A DNA stretch of 64,000 nt from assembly GCF_009914755.1 (NCBI RefSeq), contig NC_060937.1. One strand, given 5' to 3'. Both the position numbers and the translations under genes were made by a program. The notes beneath the pieces were generated by a model, which had not been told where the DNA came from, searched no databases, and saw only the letters and a list, made by a program, of their open reading frames with translations. The number at the start of each line of letters is the position of its first letter. The stretch's first letter is position 1. Origin of the DNA: the human T2T-CHM13v2.0 reference genome, Homo sapiens. This document shows positions 37,822 through 52,329 of this stretch, piece by piece.

Positions 37822-40469
37822 ACATGTCGGGGTTTCTATTTCAATCAGAAGACAGAAAAATAAGACAGGGAGCATGGGAAATCACCTCCAAAATGGAAAA
37901 GGATTCTCCTAGGGTGTCTTACTCATTGTCAATTTCAGGAAATTCCCCAAGGGATATTCCTGAATGTTGAGTCCGTCTAGCTTAAAATGACTCAAGTCAT
38001 GTAGCAGTTCTCCCAGAATTCTGTTTCATAGACTATTTCTCATGTTCACTGGAATCACAAGAACTGTTTTTTCTTTAAGATATGAATTAATATCAACCAA
38101 AATTTAAATTAACCTAATACATTTCTTCCACGGTCTAGCCTCCAACATAACTTTCAAGCATAACTAAGACATTACTTTATTGAATTCCTTAAAAATTGAA
38201 AAATTAACTGATGCTATTTTTAATAAATGTCAAGTCATAAATGCAGTCTACATTGCAGACATTGAAAACAATTTGATTTAAAAGGCACAAACTAGCTTTG
38301 GTCTTTCTGTTTAATCCCTTTAGTGTAAAAAATGTCCTGTTCCTGACTCGTTTCTACACTATATTCAACAAATAGCTTGGAAAATAAATTTTAATGACTC
38401 CTTTTGTGCTTGTATATTTTTCTTTAATATCTTCTTATTCATTTTTGAACAAAGAGAAATTGACAGAGTCAAAGACATGACCTTTAATTTTAAAGGAATT
38501 TTCTTTTCTTACAAATCTGCTATCATCGTAATCCTAAAAGCACAAAAGAAAGCTAAATTATCTATCCTTTTTTCTTTGACCACAGCAACTTTTAAAATTT
38601 AACTTTGATCCAGATTAAATGATAGTTCAGCCAAAAATGTCAAGAGGAGCCTTCTGGAGTTGGGTCCTATGTGTGAGTAGGTGGTTCATGCTGTTTAAAA
38701 GGCAGGACTGAACTGCAGCGTGGGGTTGCTATGTAAGGCAGTAAATAATGATTATAAAATGCTTTGTAAACATTTTTAATGTGACACATCAATGTTGTAT
38801 GATAAAAACTAAAATTCTCCAGTAAAGTATAAGGGGACCCTGTGCTGGCAGAGGCGCTGGCCTCTGGATGAGTAATAGCCACTATTAGTAAAACCTCATA
38901 GCTCCTTTGAGAGGGAGGGATTGTGCCATCTTGCTACACTTGTTACCTCCAAATATGGGAAAGTTATTCCTTATTTCCTTTTCAAAGCTTGACTACTGAT
39001 TGAGAACAGCGGTGTAAATACTTGTTCTCTTACACCAGCCCAGTGAGTCACAGCCACAGAAATTACAGGAGTTAAGAAAGTGCATCATCTCCTTCCTTGG
39101 AGAACACGGAGGGATGGTGACTTGCAGTATGGTCTGGTTCTCAAGCTCACAGTGCACCTCTTTTCCTCAGGGCGTCTTCTTCTGTCTATTCATTGCTTAT
39201 TAAGCTGATACTCACTTAATGTATTTTCTGGTCTCAGTGTAACCTATTCTGCTAGGCCTCACGAAATAACTACCTTTAACGCCATGTTGCCTTTCTGAAT
39301 GAAAGCAGCCATCTATTCTCACAAACAGTACCCTTAGACCACAACATCTCACCTAAAAAATATTTCTGTATTTTTTTTATCAATAGTTTAGCATTTATCC
39401 CTATCAAAATTACCTCTCTTCAATTTTATACAACCAAAGTTTGGACTAATTTTTGCTTAATATTCTAGATTGTGCCCTATTGGTAAATTTTAAATGCCAT
39501 TGTTCCCATATCATTGCCTCTATTTACATAAAGCCTAATATAACTTGTCCCATGATATATTGTGTATTACAGTGATGATATCTGCCGTAAACTTTAAACA
39601 AATGGTCTATCCACCCATATCCCATGCTGTTTATACCACAAGTGCCCTGTTTTGTTGCTTCATATTTTTTCATAGAATCAGTGAACCTACTACACTACTA
39701 TATTTCTTATTCAAACTCTGTCGTTATTGGGGTCAGTCTGCAATTAATACTCTCATATAGGTCCTGGGAAAGGGAAGAGAGGAAAAAGTGGAGGATGAGG
39801 GTAGGTGTATGATTCTTTGGGAGGCACAATATTTTGATTTTCTGGGACATGTTTTCAATACATGCACACACCACATAGATTTTGATATGCTCCCCATTTT
39901 GACTCATTTGTCAATTTGGGCAATATGTATCTAGCGTCTCCTATAATCCAGGCTCTGTCCTCCTTACAAGTGGACGTCATTAGCAGAAACTGGAACTACT
40001 GAGAGATACAGGCCATAGGTAAAAACCAGCGGAAGGCCCCCTGAGGCCAAGCCCCATCAATGTCATTGATTTTTATTTCAGTGTTTCTCTGCCAATTGTT
40101 CAACCTTCCTGAAATTTATTTTCCTAAAGAGAAGAGAGCTTGGATAAGCCATGTAAAATCTCTGGCCTTTTGTTTTTCTTAGCTATATAATCAAGCAGTT
40201 GACTTGTGAAAAAATATTCAAATATGGACCACATAGGGTTGTATTTGCCAAACGCTTTTTTTTTTTTTTTTTTTTTACATCAGGCTAATCAGTCAGTCTA
40301 CATCGCTATCTTTAACACAGAGTAGCTAAATTATCAACGTGCCTCAAAAAGCAGTGCCAAGGAGGCAGCAGTGGTGAAATAGAGCCCCCCGCATGTGGCA
40401 GAGTTGGGTCAGACCACCTCCCAGGGTCTCTGCACAGTCATAGTTCCACATACACTGAAATGTTCTAAA

Positions 40470-41690
<1,221 letters not shown>

Positions 41691-44600
41691 CTACTCTAAA
41701 AGAAAGCAACCAACGCTCTAGTCTGTGTCACATTCACACAAACACACACGCACCTACACACACAGCCCTCCACTGTTCATTAGCTGTGAGATTTGGATCA
41801 CTTAACCTCTCGAGGCCCTGGGTGCCTCTCGGGTGTAATGAAGCCTCACCCAGCTGAAAGCCAAGGGCTGGACTAGACAGCCTCTTGGGAGGGTTTAGTT
41901 CTCAGCGCTATAATATTGGCTTTACCTGCCTCTCCAGAGACAGAAGTCAAAAAGCGCATGAACCTCCTCTACCTTCATTTGCCATTTAGTTCTGGGACCT
42001 GTCACGGTGTGCATCAGAGAGCCTGGAAATGCAGCCCTGTTCCAAACCGGCTGTGTCGCTGCTGCAATGACCCCTAGCCAAGCTCTTCTTGTCGACCTGG
42101 GAGGGGCGCTGGAGCCAGGGCTGTGCGCATGAGGACTAAGAAGGAACCTTCTCCACCAGACAGGCGCAACAGCAGGCAGTTGGTGGACAGCGGGTAACAG
42201 TCAGGGACAAAGGGGAGGTAAAGTCAGCACTGGGGGCAGATGGAAACCAGGGAGAGGGAACAGTGAGAGCAAAGGAACAGCTGTGGGACCAGCACAGATC
42301 CAGACGTCAGGAAACGGGGACGTCAAGCCAGAAAAAACACAGCTCTCTAGGTTGACATTCCAGCAAGCATGTCATCTCTGGATGGGAACACGATGGTTAT
42401 AATAAAAGGGAGCTTGACTAGTTAGTGTCTGAGCAAAAGAGATAAGAACCGTCCAAAATGCATAGACACTATTCTTACTGGCACTGATTCTTTCACAAGA
42501 GCAAACACCTGCATGTTTTGTGCATCTTGGTGTGATGATATTACCAACTGACCAGTAAATGAACCATTCATCTCCTCTGTCTGTACTCTTCTCATTTCGC
42601 TCCAGTACCATGCCTTAAATTTAGGAGAGCAAAATATCCCCTGCTGTAGCTGTGGTACCTAACGCCACGATTAATTCCAATTGAGAAAATTAGCTCCTTC
42701 AGATCTTATGAACAGCTCTACATTTTTTTTTCACCCATTCCACAGAGTAGGGGAAAAACATGGAATAATCACTTTCTGTTACATGTTTTTAAAATATCAT
42801 CCTTTTATATAAATATGAAAATTTGCTATTTCATACTTTTAAAAAAGCTAGAACATCAATCTCTTCCCACCCCACCCAAATAGGTGTGTTGGTTGCAGTG
42901 GCAATTGAGTCAATATGAATTTCTAATCACCTAGAATAAATTATTAGACTAAGCAAGTATTCAAAGAACTGTTTCTTAGCCAGACTTATACCAACCTCTC
43001 TTTAGCAGCAATCTCTCTTACTGTATAATATGTAACAGTAAGAACTAGACAGGAGTTATTTCAACAAATCCCAGGTGATTGGCCTCAAGTGACTGTTACA
43101 AGTGAAATTTCACAACATGGAAGCTTTGCTCTGTGAATTGGCTTTTCTACACTGATTTAAAAATTCTTTTACCAGATGTAGGTTTTAACTACACTTAGAT
43201 ATACCATTTTCATATATATAATTTTTCCCTTAGTTCTCAAATTCCATCATAAAATGGGAAGAGTGATACAGACACTGTTTCTCTATGTGGAATTTAATAT
43301 GTAAGATAGAGGGTTTTTTTTTTCCTTCTGGAAAAATGTGAATTCACATTGTTCCAACAGTTGGAAAATTATTCCTCTCATGCCAAACCTATAACAGGGC
43401 AATAAAATGTGTAGCAGTTGGGTGGAGCTCCCCAGATTCCAGAAGTCTGCGAAATTTAGGGGCCCCCAAGTTTAAAAAATAAATGCCTGTTTATTTTGTT
43501 CTTAACACATTTCTAATTTGTTTTTGCAGATTGTTCTTTATTAACAAGAGAAAGCTATTTTTGTATTGTTGCCAAGAGACTTCAGAAACCAACAGCCTGA
43601 TCAAAATAGTAACTTCCTGTAATGAGCAGTCTTGCTGGTTCAAAGATATTTAATTCTATAATTTTTTTTTTCTGAAAATGTAAGTGAAGGGCTTTTAGCA
43701 TTAGTGACACGACTTGCCGCTGTGGAAACCTGCCCGAAATCAGCCTGGCCTACTTTCATTGCTATATCAGGCAAGTTAAGAACAATGCTTTTCTCTTTAA
43801 AACACTATAGCACTTTTGAATATACTGACAGATTTATGTATTAGTTCCAAATGCTATTTGCTTGAAGTTTCTTTAAAAATGATAGGCTAACAGAAACTGT
43901 AATACAAAAAAAAAAAAAAAAAAAAAAACCCTGACTTATTGACAGTATAACGTAATTTACAATCCATTCTAAAATAAAGTTTGAAATTTAAATTTTCCTT
44001 CATTTTTTCCCCTGAAACTTCACATACGTAAAATACAAAATAAGTTACCAGTGACACAAGCTATGCTATTATTAATTCTTTTCTCACAAGAAAATAAAAT
44101 ACATTTCTTGTGGTAAGTTTTCTGCACTAAGTATGCTAGCTCTTCTAATATATACCAAGTTACTTTGTGAGGTACAATCGTTTATCTATTGTAATTGTAA
44201 ATTGTATTGCGGTGAAGTTCTAAAAATACTTAACATAGAATTTTCTCTTTAATATTCAGATAGACTAATTTTGTGTGTTGTTTTACTGTACGTTTCTCTA
44301 AGTTTATTTGAAATATGCTCTTTGGCTCTGTATCAGTTGAGAGGCAGTGCTATGAGGCAGGAGAAAAAGGCAAATTATAGTGTAGAGTACCTTTCAATGT
44401 CAAATGATAAGTTAAAAGCTAAGCAATTGGAAAGACATAGTTTGGGGCTGGTGCAATATCAATATGCAATGATACCAGAGAAGGGATTTTATAACCTTAG
44501 GAACGGCTCACCTGGAATTACTGAGGCATGGAAAATGTAACAAAGTGACACTTGTTTCTCCACGGACAATCCCTGCACCCTGCCGTCACTTTGGTATTGA

Positions 44601-45169
44601 AGCAAAAAGGAACATTCACCCAAAGTATTTTTAAAATTACAGAAAAGTACTGTCATTAGAGGTTGAAGAAATAATTGAATTTATTTTTTTGATCCAGGAA
44701 TCCCTTTCATTCAGAGGGTCTTTCTTTTATGAAGTCAATGAAAATTAATCCTTGGAAATTCATACTCTTTTTTTTTCTTTTGCAAACTTATTATATGAAA
44801 TCACAACTTTATAGTCCGGATTAGACTATGTCTTATCCAAATGTCTGTGAAGTCAGAGCTGATGAATACATCTTCTCACCTCATTTTCTCTAAGAAGGTA
44901 TTCCGGTCCCAATTCAAAGGGCCGTAACAAAAAGTTCTAGCAAATTGTCGCTATTTTTGAGAGTAGTGAGTAGCTCCACTGAGACCCAGTCTTGGAACAG
45001 TGATTCTCACGGCACCTGAGAGCTTTGCTCCTGCTCCTGCACTCAGAAAAACGACACTGACCAGCAAATTATTACAATCTAAAGGCATCATGTTTGTTCA
45101 GTATCTGAAGACACTAAATAATATTTAAAAGGAAAAATTTTACCATAGGGCCACCTTTCTTTTTCCAAA

Positions 45170-45880
45170 AAGTTTAAAAATTGACTTACCAGCCATAAGC
45201 CATGTCAAATAAAGGAGACATTGAAATCAATAACACTGGGGAGACTGGCTATTTGGAAACCAAATATGTTGAGCTCCTTATCCCTCATCATACATTAAAA
45301 TTAATTACAGGTGGATTGGAGAGTTTAACATATATTTGTTTTCTAAATTAAAAAGCTGTAAGATATATTTTAATATTTTTCTGACCTCTACTGTAAAGAG
45401 AGGAAACTTTCTAAGCACAAAGGTGATGTAAGAAATTAAAAGAAATTAAAATTTTTGACATTTTAAAATAAATTTCAAAAAGATCACTAGCAAAATTGAA
45501 AGACTAACACACTAGAAACTACATGCACAATAAATATTCAAAAATTCATTATTTATAAATGGGTTAATATTTTGAATTTTTAAAGAAAGTTTATAAATCT
45601 TTAAAAAGAATCATAAGACCTCACGTGGAAAAACTGGCAAAATTACAAGCATGAAAGTTACAAAGGAGAAATACAAATGGATGATAAACAAACGTAAGCA
45701 AATGTTCAACTAATGAAGATGGAAGAAATAGGAAGTAAATTGCAATGCATTCTTTAGCTAGTAAATAAGCAAAGAGTTTGTTTGCATAATGACACTAAGC
45801 AATACTGGTGAATATTTACTGAAAATTATATGTTATGGCATTATTAGATAGAATGCACATTAGCAAAGTCCAAGTTTAAT
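45170..45880 (+). mobile_element. Old L1M ORF2/3' fragment; continues near 46110-46200 and 48430-48560
   Basis: ggagactggctatttggaaac ... catacattaaaattaattacaggtggatt ... gaaatacaaatggatgataaaca. Confidence 0.65.
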
Positions 45881-46239
45881 AACTGGGTTAGTATGAGCCT
45901 GACCAATCAGAATGGACACAGGCCACGGAGGTGGGGCGAAGGTCCCAGAACTCTTGCTATGATTCAGTTCCTGGCCATGGGGAAGTCTTATAATTCCCAG
46001 AAAGGAACAGGATGGCCTGGGGCACTGGAGGAGAGACTTGTCCAGCGGCTATTTACACACTGATAGAGAAGAATTTTGATTTTTGAAAATAAATATGGCC
46101 ATCCCAGTGTGTAATAGCTGGAAATCAGTTCAAGCATATATTTTTTAACTTAATATCCATTTATTTAAAAGAGACAAAGCTTAAGTCACTGTTTGACATT
46201 GTAAATGTGTATGGGAATTCTTTTTTTTTTTTTTAAATA

Positions 46240-47851
46240 CCTTTTTTATTATTATTATTATACTTTATGTTCTGGGATACATATGCAGAATGTGCAGGTT
46301 TGTTACATAGGTATACACGTGCCACAGTGGTTTGCTGCACCCATCAACTCGTCACCTACATTAGGTATTTCTCCTAATGCTATCCCTCCCCTAGCCCCCC
46401 ACCCCCAACAGGATCCAGTGTGTGATGTTCCCCTCCCAGTGTCCATGTGTTCTCATTGTTCAATTCCCAGTTATGAGTGAGAACATGCAGTGTTTGGTTT
46501 TCTGGTTCTGTGTTAGTTTGCTGAGAATGATGGTTTCCACCTTCATCCATATCCCTGCAAAGGACATGAACTCATTCTTTTTTATGGTTGCATAGTATTC
46601 CATGGTCTATATGTGCCACATTTTCTTCATCCACTCTATCATTGATGGGTGTTTGGGTTGGTTCCAAGTCTTTGCTATTGTGAACAGTGCTGCAATAAAT
46701 GTACATGTGCATGTGACTTTATAGCAGAATTATTTATTATTCTTTGGGCATATAACCAGTAATAGGATTCCTGGGTCAAATGGTATTTCCGGTTCTAGAT
46801 CTTTGAGGAATCACCACACTGTCTTCCACAATGGTTGAACTAATTTACACTCCCACCACCAGTATAAAAGCATTCCTATTTCGCCGCATCCTCTCCAGCA
46901 TCTGTTGTTTCCTGACTTTTCCATGATCGCCATTCTAACTGGTGTGAGATGGTATCTCATTGTGGTTTTGCTTTGCATTTCTCTAATGACAAGTGATGAT
47001 GAGCTTTGTTTCATATGTTTGTTGGCCACATAAATAAGTGTCTGTTCATATCCTTTGCCCACCTTTTGATTTTTTTCCTTGTAAATTTGTTTAAGTTCCT
47101 TGCAGATTCTGGATATTAGCGCTTTGTCAGATGGATAGATTGCAAAATTTTCTCCCATTCTGCAGGTTGCCTGTTCACTCTGATGATAGTTTCTTTGCTG
47201 TGCAGAAGCTCTTTAGTTTAATTAGATCCCATTTGTCAATTTTGGCTTTTGTTGTCATTGCTTTTGGTGTTTTAGTCATGAAGTCTTTGCCCATGCCTAT
47301 GACTCAAATGGTATTGCCTAGGTTTTCTTCTAGGATTTTTATGGTTTTAAGTCTTACATTTAAGTCTTTAATGTATCTTGAGTTAATTTTTGTATAAGGT
47401 GTAAGGAAGGGGTCCAGTTTCAGTTTTCTGCCTATGGCTAGCCAGTTTTCCCAACACTATTTATTAAATAGAGAATCCTTTTCCCATTGCTTGTTTTTGT
47501 CAGGTTTGTCAAAGATCAGATGGTTATAGATGTGTGGCATTATTTCTGAGGGCTCTGTTCTGTTCCATTGGTCTATACATCTGTTTTGGTACCATGCTGT
47601 TTTGGTTACTATAGCCTTGTGGTATAGTTTGAAGTCAGGTAGCATGATGCCTCCAGCTTTGTTCTTTTTGTTTAGGATTGTCTTGGCTATATAGGCTCTT
47701 TTGTGGTTCCATATAAAATTTAAAGTAGTTTTTTCTATTCTGTGAAGAAAGTCAATGGTAGCTTGATGGAGATAGCATTGAATCTGTAAACTACTTTGAG
47801 CAGTATGCCCATTTTCATAATATTGATTCTTCCTATCCATGAGCATGGAAT
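46240..47851 (-). mobile_element. L1PA7-like 3' segment (ORF2 C-terminal part, 3' UTR, tail)
   Basis: Antisense L1PA 3' end (ttctgggatacatatgcagaa, ggtttgctgcacccatcaac); ORFs 47457-47867 ([28 protein letters not shown]) and 46811-47158 ([19 protein letters not shown]) are ORF2 pieces. Confidence 0.96.
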
Positions 47852-48419
47852 TCACCAAGGTTGACACGAAGGAAAAACTGTTAACGGCAGTCAGACAGAA
47901 AGGTCAGGTTACACACAAAGGGAAGCCCATCAGACTAACAGTGGCTCGCTCTGCAGAAACCCTACAAGCCAGAAGAGAGTGGGGGCCAATATTCAACATT
48001 CTTAAAGAAAAGAATTTTCAACCCAGAATTTCATATCCAGCCAAACTAAGCTTCTTAAGTGAAGGAGGAATAAAATCCTTCACAGACAAGCAAATGCTGA
48101 GAGATTTTTGTCACCACCAGGCCTGCCTTATAAGAGCTGCTGAAAGAAGCACTAAATATGGAAAGGAAAAATCGGTACCAGCCACTGCAAAAACATACCA
48201 AATTGTAAAGACCATCAGCATCATGAAGAAACGGCATCAACTAATGGGCAAAATAACCAGCTACCATCATAATGACAGGATCAAATTCACACACAACAAT
48301 ATTAACCTTAAATGTAAATGAGCTAAATGCCCCAATTAAAAGACACAGACTGGCAAATTGGATAAAGAGTCAAGACCCATCAGTGTGCTGTATTCAGGAG
48401 ACCTATCTCACATACAAAG
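47850..48419 (+). mobile_element. Inverted 5' segment of the same L1 (ORF1 C-terminus, spacer, ORF2 start)
   Basis: ORF 47839-48321 contains the ORF1p sequence KGKPIRLT..ETLQARREWGPIFNILKEKNFQPRISYPAKLSF; ORF2 start atgacaggatcaaattcacac at 48272. Confidence 0.96.
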
Positions 48420-48569
48420 TATTCTTTTATTTAAATAAATAAATTGCAAAAACTGTAAACACAAAATGATGGTTGTACTCTTTGATCTAGTAATTCCAAT
48501 GCTGTATATCTAATTTAGAAAAGTTGACAGAGATTTATGAAAATAGACTTATCATGGAATAATAATGAC

Positions 48570-48805
48570 ATAATAATAATAGCTTGATTTATGATGTGCT
48601 TAGTATAAGCCAGGTGTTCTGAGTGATATACAGGTCAGCTCTTTTCATCCTAGCAAGGATGCTGCAACATAGGTTTTATTGTATCCCTGTTTTATAGATG
48701 AGGAAACTGAGGTATGCAAAATGAAAGCAGTTTTCACAAGGTCCCACAGTTAATAAGTTAAAGAGCTAGAATTCACTGACCTTGAAGTCTGCATTTACCC
48801 ACTAG
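48570..48805 (-). mobile_element. MIR
   Basis: tttatagatgaggaaactgagg core. Confidence 0.85.
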
Positions 48806-49399
48806 TGTGGAGGTTAATACCATAATGCAATGTTGTGTGTGAATTAGCAGGCTTCATCACTTCTTAAATAAAAACTGATCACAATTAGTCTACCTAAATT
48901 ATATAGAGTCCACTTAAATTTTCATTATTTGGCCGCATTTGCTAATGTTACCTCCTACTCACATTATTTTTATGCTATTCTCACACACTGTCTCACAGCT
49001 ATTATCTATTAGAAAACATGATACTTTATCTATAAATTGTGATGTGGTTACAATTCAAACTAGCTGCCTACAATAATGCATTTCTTTTTGTTCCCAAGAA
49101 AATAGTAAACATATTACCATTAGATTTATAATGAAAGGGATCAGAATCAACAGTTTCACTAAAAGCAATAGCATAGACACCATTATACTTTTAAAAAAAT
49201 GTTTTACATATACCATTGTGTTTGAAGCTACATTCACAAAATTGGCATTTCCTTTTCACTCAACATTTGTGTCACACTGTACCATTTTCAGCCCTGCACA
49301 GAGATAGGGAGGTACTCTGGCCTTTTATCTGTTAACTCATTTGTTTAGAAACCCCAACCGTAACAGTGATACAGTCTAAAATCAGATGGTTTTCCTACA

Positions 49400-50632
49400 C
49401 CCTAACGTATGACATATGGTTTTCACTGAGATGGTCCATATGACCAATAATCTCCAGGGCACTAAATTAAATGGGCTCTTTTCAGTGTTTCAACGTTGTG
49501 AACCACCCAATGATTGGAAACACCTTTCTCCCTTGGATTCTGAAATGACCCTCCCCTGCCTCACCTCTTTCTTCTCTGCCCATTCTTTCCTACTTTCCTT
49601 CACCAGCCTATTTTCTTCAACACAGACTTTAGATAGTGAGGGGCCATTCTTGGCCCAGCCCCTTCTCTTCTCATCTTGTCCTGTCTCCCAGGCACCCTGT
49701 GACATTTCCCTTGCCATCTAGACCTTGAGTCCCTGATTTCCATCTCCAGCTGGTTATAGCTCAGAGCCCTGCTCCATATCACTACTCACACATTTCAAAG
49801 ATGCTTCAAATGCACCAGGTCCCAACTAAACTGACTTCCCTCAGACCTGATAGTTCTCCAGTGTGCCTTCCACAAGGCACTGCTATCCCTCCAGACATGT
49901 GGGCCAAAGCCTATGCCATCGTCAACATCTCCCTCTGCCACACAACCTCACATACAAACAAATGTGCAGGCACTAAAACCTTTACCCCCAAAAGAGCTCA
50001 AAGTTTCTGTCCATCTCCGCTGCTGGCCCCAGCACAGGTGGTTGATGTCCTTCCCTGGACAACTGCACTCTTGATGCCTTTTACCACCACTCACACTGCC
50101 TGTTAGTTTACTCACACCATTGCTCTTCCCAGAACACCTGTGTGGCTAAGGCGGCCTCCACCCGCTACGTGATCTGGCCCTGCCTCCATCTGCCAGCTCA
50201 CCTCGCACCCCTGTCCTCTTTGGTCCTTGAGTCCTGGCCATGCTTCATTCCTTCATTCTTCATTCCGTTTCCAGAGCACCAGATTCCCTTCGGCCTCAAG
50301 GAGGCCTTGAGCATATAGTTGCTTCTTCCCCGAAATCTTTTACCCTCCCTCTCCCCATCTCCATGCCAGCCTTGCTCCTGAATGTCTTTCAGCTCTAACG
50401 TCATCGCCGCATAAGAAACCTCCCTGGTCTAGACGGTCCTGTTATGCTCTCTTAGATGCCCTGTCATTTTCCTCCAGAGGACCTGACAGAGTTTGCACTA
50501 CACATTCCTGGGAATATTCCGTTTTCTTTCCCACTAGACTGTGAGCTCCACATCCACAACGATCATTGCCATATTCCCAGGACCAGTAGAGTGCATGACA
50601 TATAGCACACATTTGATACACATTTGTTGAAA
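49400..50632 (+). mobile_element. L2 fragments
   Basis: ccaataatctcc ... aatgggctcttttcagt ... ctagactgtgagctcca ... acatttgttgaa. Confidence 0.7.
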
Positions 50633-51324
50633 CCATAACTTGATACTTGGAAAGGCAAGTTCAGTGAGCTTAAGGCTTCTTTACAAATCTTACTCCCTTC
50701 GTTGACACTGAGCGGTTTGTACCAGTTAAGGTGGCCTATTGCATGTATTACAAGTCCCCCGTACAAGTCCCTTGACCTGCAGCCCTCAGCATACCGGGGT
50801 GGGCCCCCAGTTCTCTGTCTTACCAGCCACTGGCTCCCGTCTGGCTCCCAGGCCTCCAGCTAATTTAACTACTTAGCACTCTCCTGCTGCCCTTGTCCTC
50901 TAACACTGCCAGATCTTCTTGGCAATCAAACCTAACCTGGGCGGAGCCCACATTGGCTATCTCATCTCAGGGGGCAGCCCACAGCCTGCTCGGCCTATCT
51001 TCCCCAGACAGGGTCCCTCTATAACACCCTGCCTGTGCACTCAGCCACCCAGCCCCTGACTTCCTAGCATTGCCTTAGGGTTGAGCTACTGTGGATTTCA
51101 AGAGTTGGTGGCATTCCTATTTTACTAATGAATTTCCAAAAGATTTTTCAACCTCAGATAACTTTAATAATTTACCTAACTTTCTTCTTGGTTTTAGGGG
51201 AAAATGCAGACAATACTATCTCTGTGTTAAACTACATCATATAGCAGAGTTCATGGTTTTACACCACTTAGGTAATCTTCATGCAGATTTGTTCTTAGCA
51301 GTGGCCATTTCTTTTTAAATCTCA

Positions 51325-51514
51325 AGTATATATAAATATATACATATGTTATCATATAAACCACATATATGTGTGTATATATTTAATATTTTCCAAAGAT
51401 GTATATATATATATGTGTGTGTGTATATATATATATATACATACATGCATATACATACATATAAATATCTGGAGAATTATTTATATACACATATAAATAT
51501 CTGGAGAATTATTT
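51325..51514. repeat. TA/CA-rich low-complexity tract with a 26-bp direct duplication
   Basis: acatataaatatctggagaattattt at 51457-51482 and 51489-51514. Confidence 0.9.
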
Positions 51515-52329
51515 TACTGAAATTATATTTTTCTTTTCCAAATTTTAAGCCAAAATTGTTTTTCACAATTGCAACCGTAATTCAGTTTTTCTGAATGCTT
51601 ATGATTGCAAAAATTTGTAGCAAGTCTCTTCAAATTCATCGTGGTCTTCTTTTATTCTCTGCCTTCACATAGCTAATGCAACTAATAATTCTATAATATG
51701 GAGAGGTCCCCTATGGGGAGTGCATTAGAAGAGCTAGCTTCTGCGTTAAAAAAAAAAAAAAAAAAAAAAAAAGTGGTTTATCAAGAGTCTCATCTGATAT
51801 CCCCTGTGGGAATTTCCCTCATGAGAACTACTTAGTCCATTAATACACCCTTGAGAAAATGATACAAGGAACTCATGTCAATCTCATTCCACAGATTTTA
51901 CAAAAAGTTCCCCAGGCTGGTTGTGTGTTTGTAGATGAAAAAGCTCAATGTCACAAACCTGGTTTTTCCCTCTTCCTTTGAGCCAATGAGTTCTGCAGCT
52001 GCTCCTGAGCAATGTGGGACCCATATATGGCCAAGAAGAGACACCACACTTAATCTACCACACTTAATCTCAGTCTCTTCCCATTTACTCTTTACTCAGC
52101 ACCATCCAGAAAGTTTCCACACCCAAAATCACGTTGGAAAACTGCCCAGAAAGCTGATTGACAAGAGGCGGTGGGGTGTGGACCTCCAGGGAGTGATATG
52201 AATGCGGGCTCTCCACCACAGTCTGCATCAGACTGAGGAGAAGACTCAAAAACAAGGGAGAGAGATGGCCATGCCCTCAAAGGTGAGAGCCGTACTGAAA
52301 GAGGGTAAAGCTGACTGAAAAGTGGTGAT

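Noticed and set aside
38840-38860. Possible CTCF site (also near 42095, 50965 and 55928)
   Set aside because: Several mismatches to the core consensus in each case.
47839-48321. 160-aa ORF1p-like ORF as a functional gene
   Set aside because: Chimeric product of the L1 inversion junction; it lacks the N-terminal and coiled-coil region and is frameshifted after DKQMLRDF.
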